Shown: positions 44,439 through 54,271 of the stretch, in pieces
Position numbering within the stretch: the first letter of the stretch is position 1
How the letters are laid out: every line of letters starts with the position of its first letter
Origin: an uncultured Desulfobacter sp.
Lineage (GTDB): Bacteria > Desulfobacterota > Desulfobacteria > Desulfobacterales > Desulfobacteraceae
Reading direction: 5' to 3'
DNA: 64,000 nt
Assembly: GCA_963665095.1 (NCBI GenBank)
Contig: OY762069.1
Span: 6,656,001-6,720,000 of the forward strand
Made by a program: the position numbers and the translations under genes
The notes under the pieces: model-generated
Told to the model about the DNA's origin: nothing
Seen by the model: only the letters and a program-made list of their open reading frames with translations
Databases searched by the model: none

Positions 44439-46161
44439 ATATTTTTTCGGATGGTCTTTTGCACGGGTGATGATGGCTGGCCTTATGGCTGTCCTCGGCA
44501 CGGTTCTATTTTTTTCCTGCCAGAAGCCGGCAGAAAAACAGTTCTTACGCATTGGTCTGCCCGAAGAGCCAAGATCCCTGAATCTGTGGCTTGGTACTGA
44601 TGGCAACTCCCGCAAAATTATTTCCCAGATTTATCAACCCCTTTTCATCCGGCATCCGGACACCCTGGAGATAATTCCCTGGCTGGCGGCAGATGCTCCT
44701 GTATTTGATGATGATAATCTGACCTGTACCGTGCATCTTCGTGATGCCAAATGGTCGGACGGATCAGATTTCACAAGTGACGATGTGGCATTTACGCGCC
44801 AGCTCTTTTTTGATTTTAAAATTCCGCGGTATTATTCCAACTGGAAGATTGTAAAAAAAGTGGATACCCCGGATGCCCATACGGTTGTATTTCACCTTTC
44901 AAAGCCGTCTGCCATTTTTATGTCCCGGGTGATGACCGCCCCCGTTGTGGCAAGAAAGGAGTGGGAACCTGTGGCCACGGAAGCACTGACAAAGGAAAAA
45001 CCCCTGCGGTTTCTCCAGGATCATGTCATTGAAAAGCCACTGGGAACAGGTCCTTTCATGCTTATGGAATATAAGAAAGACGCCTTTATTCACATGGAGA
45101 AAAACCCCTATTTTTTTGGTACCGGCCTGACCATCGGGGGGCGGCTTCTCGGACCCTATGTGGACAGTCTGCTGTTTAACTTTTACGGGACAGCGGATGT
45201 GGCGGTGCTGGCCCTTAAAAAGGGGGATATTGATTTTTACTGGTGGGATATTCAGCCCGGGTACATTGAGGATCTTAAAAAGCAGAGCAATGTGGATCTT
45301 TACTTTAACAAAAAAAGTGCCCTGTATTACCTTGGGTTTAATCTGCGGCGCCCGCCGTTTAACGACAAGGCACTTCGTTTGGCAGTGGCGGAAATGATTG
45401 ACAAAGAGTTCATCCTGACAAGGATTTTACAAAGCTTTGGCACCCCCATGCACTCCATTGTCCCTTCCGGCAATCATTTCTGGTATAATCCGGATGTGGA
45501 TAAACACGGATTTGGTCTGCCCAAAGAAGAGCGGACTACCCGAGCGGTAAAAATTTTGTCCGATGCCGGCTACTCCTGGCAGACCCCGCCGGTGGATGCT
45601 GCAGGAAACATAGTCAAACCATCACAAATTCTGCTGCCTGACGGCAACCCCATGGAGAAGTTTGTCATTCTGACCCCGCCGGCAGATTATGACCCCAAAC
45701 GGGCTTTTACCGGCACCATGATCCAGGAGTGGCTCAGAGAGCTGGGACTTCCTGCCTTTGCAAGGCCCATGGCATTTAATGCCCTGCTGGATACAGTGAA
45801 AGAGAATCACGATTTTGATGCCTTTGTGCTGGGCTATGGCAAGCTGAACCTGGATCCGGACTATCTTCGCTCCTTTTTCCATTCAGAGAATGACAAACCC
45901 AGGGGCTGGAACATGAGCGGCTACAGCAACCCTGAATATGATAAATTAGCCAATCTTCAGCAGGGCATCGTGGATACGGGTGCACGCAAGGAAATAATCT
46001 ATAACATGCAGAAGATCATTCTGGAGGATGTTCCCTACCTGCCTCTGTATAATCCCCATATTATTGAAGCGACCCTTAATACCCGGTTTTCAGGGTGGGT
46101 TGCCAGGGTGGACGGGATTGGCAATATCTGGTCTATCTGCACAGTAAAACCCGTAAAATAG
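44401..46161 (+). CDS. Peptide/nickel ABC transporter substrate-binding lipoprotein (family 5)
   Basis: Lipobox LFFSC, WSDGSDFTSDDV, GTGPF. GTG 44401 follows GAGGAG; start uncertain. Confidence 0.9.
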   Translation: MQLRIQSRGRQVKYFFGWSFARVMMAGLMAVLGTVLFFSCQKPAEKQFLRIGLPEEPRSLNLWLGTDGNSRKIISQIYQPLFIRHPDTLEIIPWLAADAPVFDDDNLTCTVHLRDAKWSDGSDFTSDDVAFTRQLFFDFKIPRYYSNWKIVKKVDTPDAHTVVFHLSKPSAIFMSRVMTAPVVARKEWEPVATEALTKEKPLRFLQDHVIEKPLGTGPFMLMEYKKDAFIHMEKNPYFFGTGLTIGGRLLGPYVDSLLFNFYGTADVAVLALKKGDIDFYWWDIQPGYIEDLKKQSNVDLYFNKKSALYYLGFNLRRPPFNDKALRLAVAEMIDKEFILTRILQSFGTPMHSIVPSGNHFWYNPDVDKHGFGLPKEERTTRAVKILSDAGYSWQTPPVDAAGNIVKPSQILLPDGNPMEKFVILTPPADYDPKRAFTGTMIQEWLRELGLPAFARPMAFNALLDTVKENHDFDAFVLGYGKLNLDPDYLRSFFHSENDKPRGWNMSGYSNPEYDKLANLQQGIVDTGARKEIIYNMQKIILEDVPYLPLYNPHIIEATLNTRFSGWVARVDGIGNIWSICTVKPVK

Positions 46162-46168
46162 TGTCTGA

Positions 46169-47143
46169 ATGAGACTTGGGTATGTTTTCATAAAGCTGGT
46201 TGAAATTACGTTTATTTTTTTTGTGATTCTCACCGCGTTGTTTTTTTTGTTCCGGCTAAGTCCCGGTGACCCGATATCACGGGCTGTGGACCCGACCCTT
46301 ACGGCCGAGGATATGCGGTTAATGATATCTGAGATGGGCCTGGACAGGTCGTTGTGGGAGCAGTACCTGATCTATCTTAAGCAGTTTTTTGCAGGAAATT
46401 TCGGTGTCTCCTTTCATTATGGTGAGCCCGTGGCCCGGATTATCCGGGACCGCCTGGGCTGGACCATTCTTTTGTTTACCTCCTCCACCATTCTTGCGGC
46501 CTTTGCAGGGGTGTTTTTAGGCAAGGTGGCGGCATGGAACAAGGGTCGCTTTCTGGATAACCTCATGTCCATATCGGCACTGGTCTGTTACACCCTGTTT
46601 ATCCCCTGGTTTGCATTGCTTTTGCTCTGGCTGCTGGGATTTAAACTGGCAATTTTTCCTTTAGGCGGGGTCCTGACGCCTCAGTTATGGATTGGCGAAC
46701 CCGGCTTAAATCTGGTCAGAATCTTTGATATCCTGCACCATATGATGCTGCCGCTGATCACGCTTTTTATCATCAATCTGGGTTCATACCTTCTGCTCAT
46801 GCGATCCTCAATGCTAACGGTCCTTAAGGAGGATTATATCATCACCGCCCGGGCCAAGGGATTGAAAGAAAAGGTGATCCGGGACAAGCATGCGGCAAAG
46901 AATGCCGCACTTCCGGTAATTACCAGTGTGGGGCTAAGCCTTGCCTTTTCCATTAATGGGGGCGCTTTGACCGAACAGATTTTTACCTGGCCGGGCATTG
47001 GCCGGGAATTGATATTTGCCGTCAGCAACAATGACTACCCCCTGGCCCAGGCCTGTTTTCTGCTCATTGCCCTGGTGGTACTGGTGGCCAACCTGATTGT
47101 GGATCTGCTCTATGCCTGGCTGGATCCCCGGATTGCGTATTAG
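46169..47143 (+). CDS. ABC transporter permease (DppB/OppB-like)
   Basis: PGDP, EDYIITARAKGL, FTWPGIG, DPRI. Confidence 0.93.
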   Translation: MRLGYVFIKLVEITFIFFVILTALFFLFRLSPGDPISRAVDPTLTAEDMRLMISEMGLDRSLWEQYLIYLKQFFAGNFGVSFHYGEPVARIIRDRLGWTILLFTSSTILAAFAGVFLGKVAAWNKGRFLDNLMSISALVCYTLFIPWFALLLLWLLGFKLAIFPLGGVLTPQLWIGEPGLNLVRIFDILHHMMLPLITLFIINLGSYLLLMRSSMLTVLKEDYIITARAKGLKEKVIRDKHAAKNAALPVITSVGLSLAFSINGGALTEQIFTWPGIGRELIFAVSNNDYPLAQACFLLIALVVLVANLIVDLLYAWLDPRIAY

Positions 47144-47163
47144 AAAGGGGGGACGCAAAGATC

Positions 47164-48063
47164 ATGATAAACAATCAGTACATCAACCGGTTTATGGCAG
47201 GCTGGCGGATTTTTGTCCGGAACCGGGTGGGAAGGGCGGGACTAATTATTCTGGCCGTGTTCATGTTTATGGCCCTGGCGTCGTTTTTTCTGCCCCTGTG
47301 CGGCCCCATGTATGACCCCATGACAGGCATTGATCCGGATATTAAGGTTGCCACGCCCCCCAGTCTCACCCATTTCCTGGGCACGGACAATGTGGGGCGG
47401 GACATCTTTGCCCAGCTTCTGGAGGGCGCCAAGGTGGCCTTTATCGTGGGATTGTCCGCCGCCTTTTTTTCCATCGTCCTTGGCACAGTGGTCGGTATGG
47501 TGGCAGGATATGCCGGCGGCTGGCTGGATGCGGTGCTCATGCGTCTGGCAGACATTATCATGGTGATGCCCTCCCTGGTGATTCTGCTTATCCTGGCTTC
47601 CCTTTTTGGTCAGTTCAATATCTGGCTGATTGTATTAATTATTGCCATTTTGCGCTGGCCTGCAGTCTCCCGGGTGATCCGCTCCCAGACCCTGTCACTG
47701 AAACAGCGTCCCTTTATTGAGGCCTCCCGGGTGGCAGGTGCCTCTCATTTGCGCATTATTTTCCGGCACATCATGCCCAATGTACTGCCGCTGGCATTTT
47801 TATACATGACCTTCCGGGTGACTGCAGCCATTCTGGTGGAGGCCGCGCTGTCATTTTTAGGATTTGGCGATCCCTCCCAGGTGAGCTGGGGCATGATGCT
47901 GCAGTGGGTATGGAAATCCGGCCATATGTTTCAGGCCCCTTACTGGCTTCTGCCGCCAGGCTTAAGCATTTCGCTTCTGACCCTGGGATTTTACCTGATC
48001 GGCCGGGCCATGGATGAGGTGCTGGATCCCCGGCTGAGGCGGGAGGGCCAATACTCGTCATGA
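47164..48063 (+). CDS. ABC transporter permease (DppC/OppC-like)
   Basis: LGTDNVGRD, FIEASRVAGA, EAALSFLG, SWGMML. Confidence 0.93.
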   Translation: MINNQYINRFMAGWRIFVRNRVGRAGLIILAVFMFMALASFFLPLCGPMYDPMTGIDPDIKVATPPSLTHFLGTDNVGRDIFAQLLEGAKVAFIVGLSAAFFSIVLGTVVGMVAGYAGGWLDAVLMRLADIIMVMPSLVILLILASLFGQFNIWLIVLIIAILRWPAVSRVIRSQTLSLKQRPFIEASRVAGASHLRIIFRHIMPNVLPLAFLYMTFRVTAAILVEAALSFLGFGDPSQVSWGMMLQWVWKSGHMFQAPYWLLPPGLSISLLTLGFYLIGRAMDEVLDPRLRREGQYSS

Positions 48064-49034
48064 GCCTTTTATCCGTAAACAATTTAAGCGTGGGGTATGA
48101 GACCCGGTATGGCATGGTCACAGCCGTGGACAATATCAGCTTCCATGTGGATAAAGGCCGCCCCCTGGGCCTTGTGGGAGAGTCCGGGTGTGGGAAAACC
48201 ACCATTGGCATGGCGCTTATGGGGCTTTTACCGGATAATGGAAAGATCCTGTCCGGAACCATGAATTTTCTGGGGAAAGATCTGGCCACCTTTAGTGAAG
48301 AACAGTGGAGAAAGGTTCGGGGTAAAGAGATGGCCATGATTTTCCAGGCCGCCATGAATGCGCTGAACCCGGTTTACCGGGTGGACGATCAGGTCAGGGA
48401 GGCCATTGTCTGCCATCATCCCAAGCTCACCCATGCTGAACTTGAGGCCCGTCTCAAAGAACTCTTTGACCTTGTGGAGATCCCCATGGACCGGATTCAT
48501 GACTACCCCCATGAATATTCCGGCGGCATGAAGCAGCGGGTGGTGATTGCCATGGCACTTGCCTGCTCCCCGACGCTGGTGATTGCCGATGAACCCACCA
48601 CTGCCCTGGATGTCATTGTCCAGGACCAGATCCTTGAAGGCCTTCGGCATATTCAGGCAAGAACCCACACAGGCCTTATTTTCATCTCCCATGATATTGG
48701 TGTGGTGGCCTCGGTGTGTGATGATGTCTGTGTGATGTACGGCGGTCAGATCGTGGAGAAAGGGGTTGCGGCAAAAGTGTTTTCCAATCCGTGCCACCCT
48801 TACAGTCGCACGCTTTTCAGCGCCTACTTAAGTCTTAATAACATAGACAGTATAAAGGTACCGGCCATGACCGCCACCCAGGATTTTACCATGGAGAGCG
48901 GGCACTGCCGGTTTAAGCCAGGCTGCCCGTGGTGTTCCGGCACATGCCAGGCCGAAGTTCCCCAATGGGTTGACATTTCACCCGGCCATAGTGTTTTCTG
49001 CTGTGATAAAGATCGGATACGGAAGGAAAGATGA
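48060..49034 (+). CDS. ABC transporter ATP-binding protein (DppD-like)
   Basis: [23 protein letters not shown]-terminal Cys cluster. Confidence 0.93.
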   Translation: MSLLSVNNLSVGYETRYGMVTAVDNISFHVDKGRPLGLVGESGCGKTTIGMALMGLLPDNGKILSGTMNFLGKDLATFSEEQWRKVRGKEMAMIFQAAMNALNPVYRVDDQVREAIVCHHPKLTHAELEARLKELFDLVEIPMDRIHDYPHEYSGGMKQRVVIAMALACSPTLVIADEPTTALDVIVQDQILEGLRHIQARTHTGLIFISHDIGVVASVCDDVCVMYGGQIVEKGVAAKVFSNPCHPYSRTLFSAYLSLNNIDSIKVPAMTATQDFTMESGHCRFKPGCPWCSGTCQAEVPQWVDISPGHSVFCCDKDRIRKER

Positions 49035-49858
49035 GGTTGAATGACCCCGCACATCTGCCCCTGGTGGAAATAGAAAAAGTGACCAAGGTATACTATCCGG
49101 GAAAAGCCTTTTTCTCCAGGGGCAAAAAGGCCGTTACTGCCCTTGACCAGGTGGATCTGTCCATCTTCCAGGGTGAGATTTTCGGGCTGGTGGGCCAGAG
49201 CGGATCCGGCAAAACAACCCTGGGACGACTTCTGGTCCGGCTTGAGACGGCCACAAAGGGCCATATCCGCATGGACGGCCGGATGGTGAATACTTTGTCC
49301 GGAGAGGACCTTAAACAATTCAGATCAAAGGTTCAGATGATTTTTCAGGATCCATACCAGTCCCTGAACCCCCATCTTTCCATTGCTGAAACCGTTTTGG
49401 AGCCCCTGATTGTCCACAATATCGGCACCCGGGAGAGCCGCCGGGAAAAAGTGATTACCGCCCTTGAAACCACAGGCCTGAAGCCGGGCCGGGATTTCTA
49501 TTCCCGCTATCCCCACCAGTTGTCCGGGGGGCAGCGTCAGCGGGTGGCCATTGCCCGGGCCATTGTTCTGAAACCTAAGTTTGTGGTGGCGGACGAGCCG
49601 ACCTCCATGCTGGATGCCACCATTGCCATTCAGCTGTTTGACCTGCTTAAACAGATCCGGAAACAGTTTGGGATGACCTTTTTATTTATCACCCATAACC
49701 TGGCAGCTGCCAGGTTTTTGTGTGACCGGGTGGCAGTGATCAAGGAGGGACAGATTGTGGAGTTGGATACGGCAGAAAATATTATTGAACACCCACGCCA
49801 CCCTTATACAAAAAAACTGATTGAGGTCCAGCCGTCATTTAATTTCAAATCTGAGTGA
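49031..49858 (+). CDS. ABC transporter ATP-binding protein (DppF-like)
   Basis: GQSGSGKT, LSGGQRQR, VADEPT, HPYT. Confidence 0.93.
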   Translation: MRLNDPAHLPLVEIEKVTKVYYPGKAFFSRGKKAVTALDQVDLSIFQGEIFGLVGQSGSGKTTLGRLLVRLETATKGHIRMDGRMVNTLSGEDLKQFRSKVQMIFQDPYQSLNPHLSIAETVLEPLIVHNIGTRESRREKVITALETTGLKPGRDFYSRYPHQLSGGQRQRVAIARAIVLKPKFVVADEPTSMLDATIAIQLFDLLKQIRKQFGMTFLFITHNLAAARFLCDRVAVIKEGQIVELDTAENIIEHPRHPYTKKLIEVQPSFNFKSE

Positions 49859-49875
49859 CTTCAAATCAGAGTGAC
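49844..49875 (+). repeat. 16-bp tandem direct repeat over the ATPase stop codon
   Basis: TTCAAATCTGAGTGAC / TTCAAATCAGAGTGAC, one mismatch. Confidence 0.85.
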
Positions 49876-49899
49876 AGCCGGCTGGAACCCTTATCGTGA

Positions 49900-51438
49900 T
49901 CAGGCCGGATTCAGGTATTTCTTTAAATCTTCGACAACTTTAGGATAGATATCGCTGAACCCAATGTATTTGGCATGGTTGGGATCTTTGAGAATATCAA
50001 GGCCGCCCAGAAGGTTGATGGCGTTTATCTCCCCGGTCATCGCGGAGTTGACAATCTCCCGGGCCGCAGCAGTCCTTTTTTCCGATTTTGACATTTTTTT
50101 AACACGGGCCTTGGCAGAGTCGCCTACTTTCAAAACGGAGATGGTGGCTGCCCCGGCACCTAACACGATGGCTGCCGTACCGCAGGTGAAAATGCATGCG
50201 GCAAGGGCCAGGCCTGCCCCCACTACTGTGGCACCGGCCCTGATGGCACGCCTGCGTGCCCCTTTTCGGTGTACTTTTGCAGCCTCATTCCATGTGCGGA
50301 CATTGTTGTAATCAATCCGGCCTCCCCATTTTTTGGCAAAGTCGGCCCCGCTGATTCTGGGATTCATGGCATCCCGGATCATTTTTTCCTGCTCGTTTTT
50401 GGGTAGATCCAGAATGGTCTGGCCAGCTTTCAGGGCTGTTCCCTGGAACTGCCTTTTCAGGCGCAGATCGCGTTTTCTTCTGGCAATATTTTCAGCCACA
50501 CTAAAGGGTGCCAGAATCAGACCACCCACGGTGGTGACGGTTCCGGCCGTATCCATGGTACTTTGAGCGACCCCCCACAAAAGGTTTGCTGCCTTGAATC
50601 CCACGCTTGCGGCACCATTCAGCGCAGAGAGCACATCGCCCACCAGTGTGCATTTTTCAAAGTAGTCTTTTTTCCGGGTGTGCGGCGGGTAATGATGGAC
50701 CAGGGAGATTTTTTTCAAGGCCCAGTTGTTTTTGGCAAACTCCTCCTTTAGTGCATCAAACTGATCCCGGTTTAATTGTTCCAGCCGTGTCAGCACTGCC
50801 CGGTTATGATCGCTGAGCCGGGAGTTTTTTAACAGTTTAACCAGTGCCTTGCCAAGCCGGGCAAGCACCCTGTAAAAGTTTTGGAGCGCTTCAACTTGAC
50901 GGATTTTTGGAGAGAACAGCAGGGCAAATGCATATTCGTATTCCAGAAGCGCCCCCTCAACGGGCCTGTATTTTTTAAGCTGGCCAAGGGAGCACCTGAA
51001 TTTGAGCATCTCGGTCAGATCCCTTGAAGGCATCAGGGGAATAATTCTGTACCGGAACTCTTTGGCGCGCTGGACCAGAATGCGGTTTCGCTCCAGATAC
51101 CCGCAATGGAGGCATTTTTCTCCCGGTGTATAGGCGTCCGGGTTTTTACATCTGGGACAGCGCAGAAATGCGCTTCGCGGGATCTGAAGCTGGGCATTGC
51201 GGCAGTACTCAATTACCTGGGGGTCTGTTTCAACATACCGGCAGTGCAGGCAAGGTTCCCCCGGGGTGTAAGCATCCGGACTCTTGCATTGGGGACAGCG
51301 GGCCCAGGCCGTGTCGCTTTGCATCTCGTGAACCGCCCGGTTGATGACAAGGCGGTTTTTTTCCTTATATCCGCAGTGAAGGCATTTTTCCCCCGGGAAA
51401 TATCCGTCGGGACTCTTACATCGAGGGCATCTGAACAT
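49900..51438 (-). CDS. Orphan protein with three zinc-ribbon repeats and C-terminal hydrophobic helices
   Basis: 512-aa ORF with three copies of RCPxCKxPDxYxPGExCLHCxYxE; GATVVGAGLALAACIFTCGTAAIVLGAGAATISV. Confidence 0.8.
   Translation of the reverse strand: MFRCPRCKSPDGYFPGEKCLHCGYKEKNRLVINRAVHEMQSDTAWARCPQCKSPDAYTPGEPCLHCRYVETDPQVIEYCRNAQLQIPRSAFLRCPRCKNPDAYTPGEKCLHCGYLERNRILVQRAKEFRYRIIPLMPSRDLTEMLKFRCSLGQLKKYRPVEGALLEYEYAFALLFSPKIRQVEALQNFYRVLARLGKALVKLLKNSRLSDHNRAVLTRLEQLNRDQFDALKEEFAKNNWALKKISLVHHYPPHTRKKDYFEKCTLVGDVLSALNGAASVGFKAANLLWGVAQSTMDTAGTVTTVGGLILAPFSVAENIARRKRDLRLKRQFQGTALKAGQTILDLPKNEQEKMIRDAMNPRISGADFAKKWGGRIDYNNVRTWNEAAKVHRKGARRRAIRAGATVVGAGLALAACIFTCGTAAIVLGAGAATISVLKVGDSAKARVKKMSKSEKRTAAAREIVNSAMTGEINAINLLGGLDILKDPNHAKYIGFSDIYPKVVEDLKKYLNPA
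51091..51432 (-). repeat. Three intragenic CxxC-x11-CxxC repeats (periods 44 and 46 aa)
   Basis: Repeats at aa 3-26, 47-70 and 93-116 of the 49900-51438 ORF. Confidence 0.9.
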
Positions 51439-51531
51439 AATTAAAAAACGCTATCTCTCTGTTTGCAAAATATCTGGAAATAGAGGATCTGGTTTATTCC
51501 TGATCCCGTCCGGTAACATTCCCATTTTTTA

Positions 51532-52398
51532 TCAGTATTTTTCAGGGACATGGTGCCTGCCTGACAGAGGCAGGGCATCGTCATAGGCATGGGTCTTATC
51601 CCGTTTCGGCAAAATAATTTTTGGCGTCTCCAGTTCCTTGTAGCTGATCAGGGAGAGCAGATGGCTGATGCAGTTGAGCCTGGTTCGGCGTTTACAGTCC
51701 GAGTGAACCACATACCAGGGGGCAAAATCGGTGTCTGTGGCCTCAAACATGGCATCTCGGGCTTTTGAATATTCATACCAGCGGCGGCGGGATTCAAGAT
51801 CCATGGGGCTTAGTTTCCACTGGCGCATGGGATCTTCAATACGCTTTTTAAATCTTCTCTCCTGCTCTTCATTGCTGACAGAGAGCCAGTATTTGATCAG
51901 GATAATCCCGTCTTTCACCATGGAGAGTTCAAACCCTCTGCAATTTTCCTTGAACCGTTCATATTCGTCATCCGTGCAAAAGCCCATGACCCGTTCCACT
52001 CCCATGCGGTTGTACCAGCTACGGTCAAAGAGTATGGCCTCGCCGGCAGCCGGAAGAAAGCGGGTATATCTTTGGATATACATCTGGGTTTTTTCCCGGT
52101 CATTGGGTGCAGGGAGGGCAACCACCCGGAAAATTCTGGGGCTCACTCTTTCTGTGATTCGTTTGATCACACCACCTTTGCCGGCTGCATCCCTGCCTTC
52201 AAATACAATAACTACGCGAAGTCCTTTGTGTTTGATCCAGGCCTGTAACTTAACCAGTTCAATCTGCAGTCGCTGCAGTTCCTTTTCGTAAAGCTTGCGG
52301 TCAAGCTTGTCCGGCAGGGCTTTAGAAAGTTCTTTATTTCTCTTGGGGGCTTTGTGGGGTGGTTTAGCAGATATTTTTTTATGATCTTTTTTCCCCAT
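51532..52398 (-). CDS. ppk2: Polyphosphate kinase 2
   Basis: FEGRDAAGKGG, FDRSWYNR, QWKLSPMD, APW. Confidence 0.96.
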   Translation of the reverse strand: MGKKDHKKISAKPPHKAPKRNKELSKALPDKLDRKLYEKELQRLQIELVKLQAWIKHKGLRVVIVFEGRDAAGKGGVIKRITERVSPRIFRVVALPAPNDREKTQMYIQRYTRFLPAAGEAILFDRSWYNRMGVERVMGFCTDDEYERFKENCRGFELSMVKDGIILIKYWLSVSNEEQERRFKKRIEDPMRQWKLSPMDLESRRRWYEYSKARDAMFEATDTDFAPWYVVHSDCKRRTRLNCISHLLSLISYKELETPKIILPKRDKTHAYDDALPLSGRHHVPEKY

Positions 52399-52512
52399 AG
52401 GTACTCCTATATTTTTCCCGGTTCTGTCTCAGACTGATTTTTTGCCAACGTTATTTATTTCTCTTGGTGGTAGAACACTCTTATTGAATGCCTGCAGCAA
52501 TTTTTTGTCAAG

Positions 52513-54147
52513 TTACTTTTTATTCACAAACCTGTCTTTTTCCGGATGAAACCGGGCTGGATAGTCAAGGGTAAATTGCACCACAGGTTTTGGGTCCCCT
52601 TTATGAATAAGGTTCAGGGTGTGCCCCCTGAAAACCAGCCATGGGTCAATGGCCCGGTTTACAAGGCTTACGTGTATGGGTGTGGACAGGGATACAGGCC
52701 ATTGCTGTGATGCCACGTACTCCAGGCGGGTCAGGTGCCGGATAATCTGCTGTTTTACAGGCCTGTCTTTAAGGTAGGCATGGACGGAGGCAAGGAAATA
52801 TGAGACGGAACAGATCAAAGCGCTGGCGACATAGGTTTCCTTTGTGAACTCCACATGAGCAAGAATTTGGTTTTTTAGCTTTTTTTTACAGGCTGGGGTC
52901 AGGTTTTTGAAATTTGTGTCATGTAAATATTGGGCTTTTAACCTTTTAACCACGGCGGGTGTTAATTTCTTTCTTCGTTGTCGGGCCTTGTCAGAAAAGA
53001 TGTCAAAATACTCCCGGATGCTTCGCATCCCGGGCGGGGTGAGCGCATCATGCCCGTTATCCAAAAGGATGTTTTCCACCTGAATATCCAGAAGATCCGG
53101 CAGAATCCCCGAACCGGCTGCCGTGATCACTTCCATCGGCTTGAAATAGTCCACTAAAAGGGCAGGGCGGCCCAGCTTTTTTGCGGGCAGAAACGGGGTG
53201 TCTACGGTGATTCGGATCTTTTTGTGCCCAAAGGGATGCAGTGCGCTGGTAAACGCGGGAATGATGGCGAAAACGCCGTCTGGAGATAGTTCTGTACCGT
53301 AACCGTCTGTGATGGATGGCTTGACAGTGGAAAAGTCCTCATCTAGTCCGGCTGGAATTAAAAGGTCGGATGTGGCATGCTGCTTGGTAAAGGGATGGTC
53401 CATCTCTTTTTCAAGGGCATTTATTCTTGGCCTGTTCCGGTCAGTCAGGCTGACAGAGAGGGGAATACCAGACGTTTCAAGTTTCTTTGCCAGCGCTTCT
53501 GTGCCTTTGGGGACTTTGGTCAAAAGACTGAATTGGATCTCCTCATTCAGGTCTTTGAATACATGGGTGATGTCGTAAGGCGGGTCACACCAGTCCAGAG
53601 GGTCTGACCCTCCATAAAGGGCAAGATCCCGGTTTCCGTGTTCCAACAGGGTTTGAATGAACCGTTTAACCGCATCAAAGGTAAAATGGGATCTGGTCTT
53701 GGGCAGTGCCCACTCATTGCACCGCCGGCAGAAATTGGAACAGCCGCTGGTCATCTGAAAGGTGATGGCCTGGCTGAAAACAGCCTGTTTCTGCCAGGGG
53801 GTGAGGTCAAGACGGGCTTTCCAGTCCGTGCAGGTCAGATAACCGGGTTCTGCCTGTCTGACTTTATCTGCCAAACGTGAGCGTAATTGCAGGGTCTGTT
53901 TTTTAAGACCTGATGGAAAGCCGGGTTGATGCCTGTACCGGGTCAGAGCCGTCAGTATTTGGCGCAGAAATTTTTCGTCAGTCTCTCCTAAATCCGGGAT
54001 CGCTGCCGTATGACATGCCACATGTACAAGGTCTGTCAGGTTGTCAGCATCCCGGACGAACAGACCTGCTATAATCCTGTTTTTCAAATGCTCAACAGGG
54101 GCATCAGGGGTGGCAATAACCCCGGGATGATCGGCAGGTTTGTTCAT
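52513..54147 (-). CDS. Uncharacterised radical SAM protein
   Basis: GCSNFCRRC (CX3CX2C) and LYGGSDP. Confidence 0.75.
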   Translation of the reverse strand: MNKPADHPGVIATPDAPVEHLKNRIIAGLFVRDADNLTDLVHVACHTAAIPDLGETDEKFLRQILTALTRYRHQPGFPSGLKKQTLQLRSRLADKVRQAEPGYLTCTDWKARLDLTPWQKQAVFSQAITFQMTSGCSNFCRRCNEWALPKTRSHFTFDAVKRFIQTLLEHGNRDLALYGGSDPLDWCDPPYDITHVFKDLNEEIQFSLLTKVPKGTEALAKKLETSGIPLSVSLTDRNRPRINALEKEMDHPFTKQHATSDLLIPAGLDEDFSTVKPSITDGYGTELSPDGVFAIIPAFTSALHPFGHKKIRITVDTPFLPAKKLGRPALLVDYFKPMEVITAAGSGILPDLLDIQVENILLDNGHDALTPPGMRSIREYFDIFSDKARQRRKKLTPAVVKRLKAQYLHDTNFKNLTPACKKKLKNQILAHVEFTKETYVASALICSVSYFLASVHAYLKDRPVKQQIIRHLTRLEYVASQQWPVSLSTPIHVSLVNRAIDPWLVFRGHTLNLIHKGDPKPVVQFTLDYPARFHPEKDRFVNKK

Positions 54148-54197
54148 TTCGTTATCACTGTGCCGGCAGGCAAAAAGGGTTGCTGGTTTTTAAAATG

Positions 54198-54231
54198 CCA
54201 AAGGGGGCCTTTTTTAAAAAGCCCCCTTTGG
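54198..54231 (-). terminator. Terminator after dsrP
   Basis: CCAAAGGGGGC ... GCCCCCTTTGG, followed by a T-rich stretch on the minus strand. Confidence 0.7.
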
Positions 54232-54271
54232 GTCAAGTTATATCACTATATAGTGTTCAGCTCGGGGTGTA

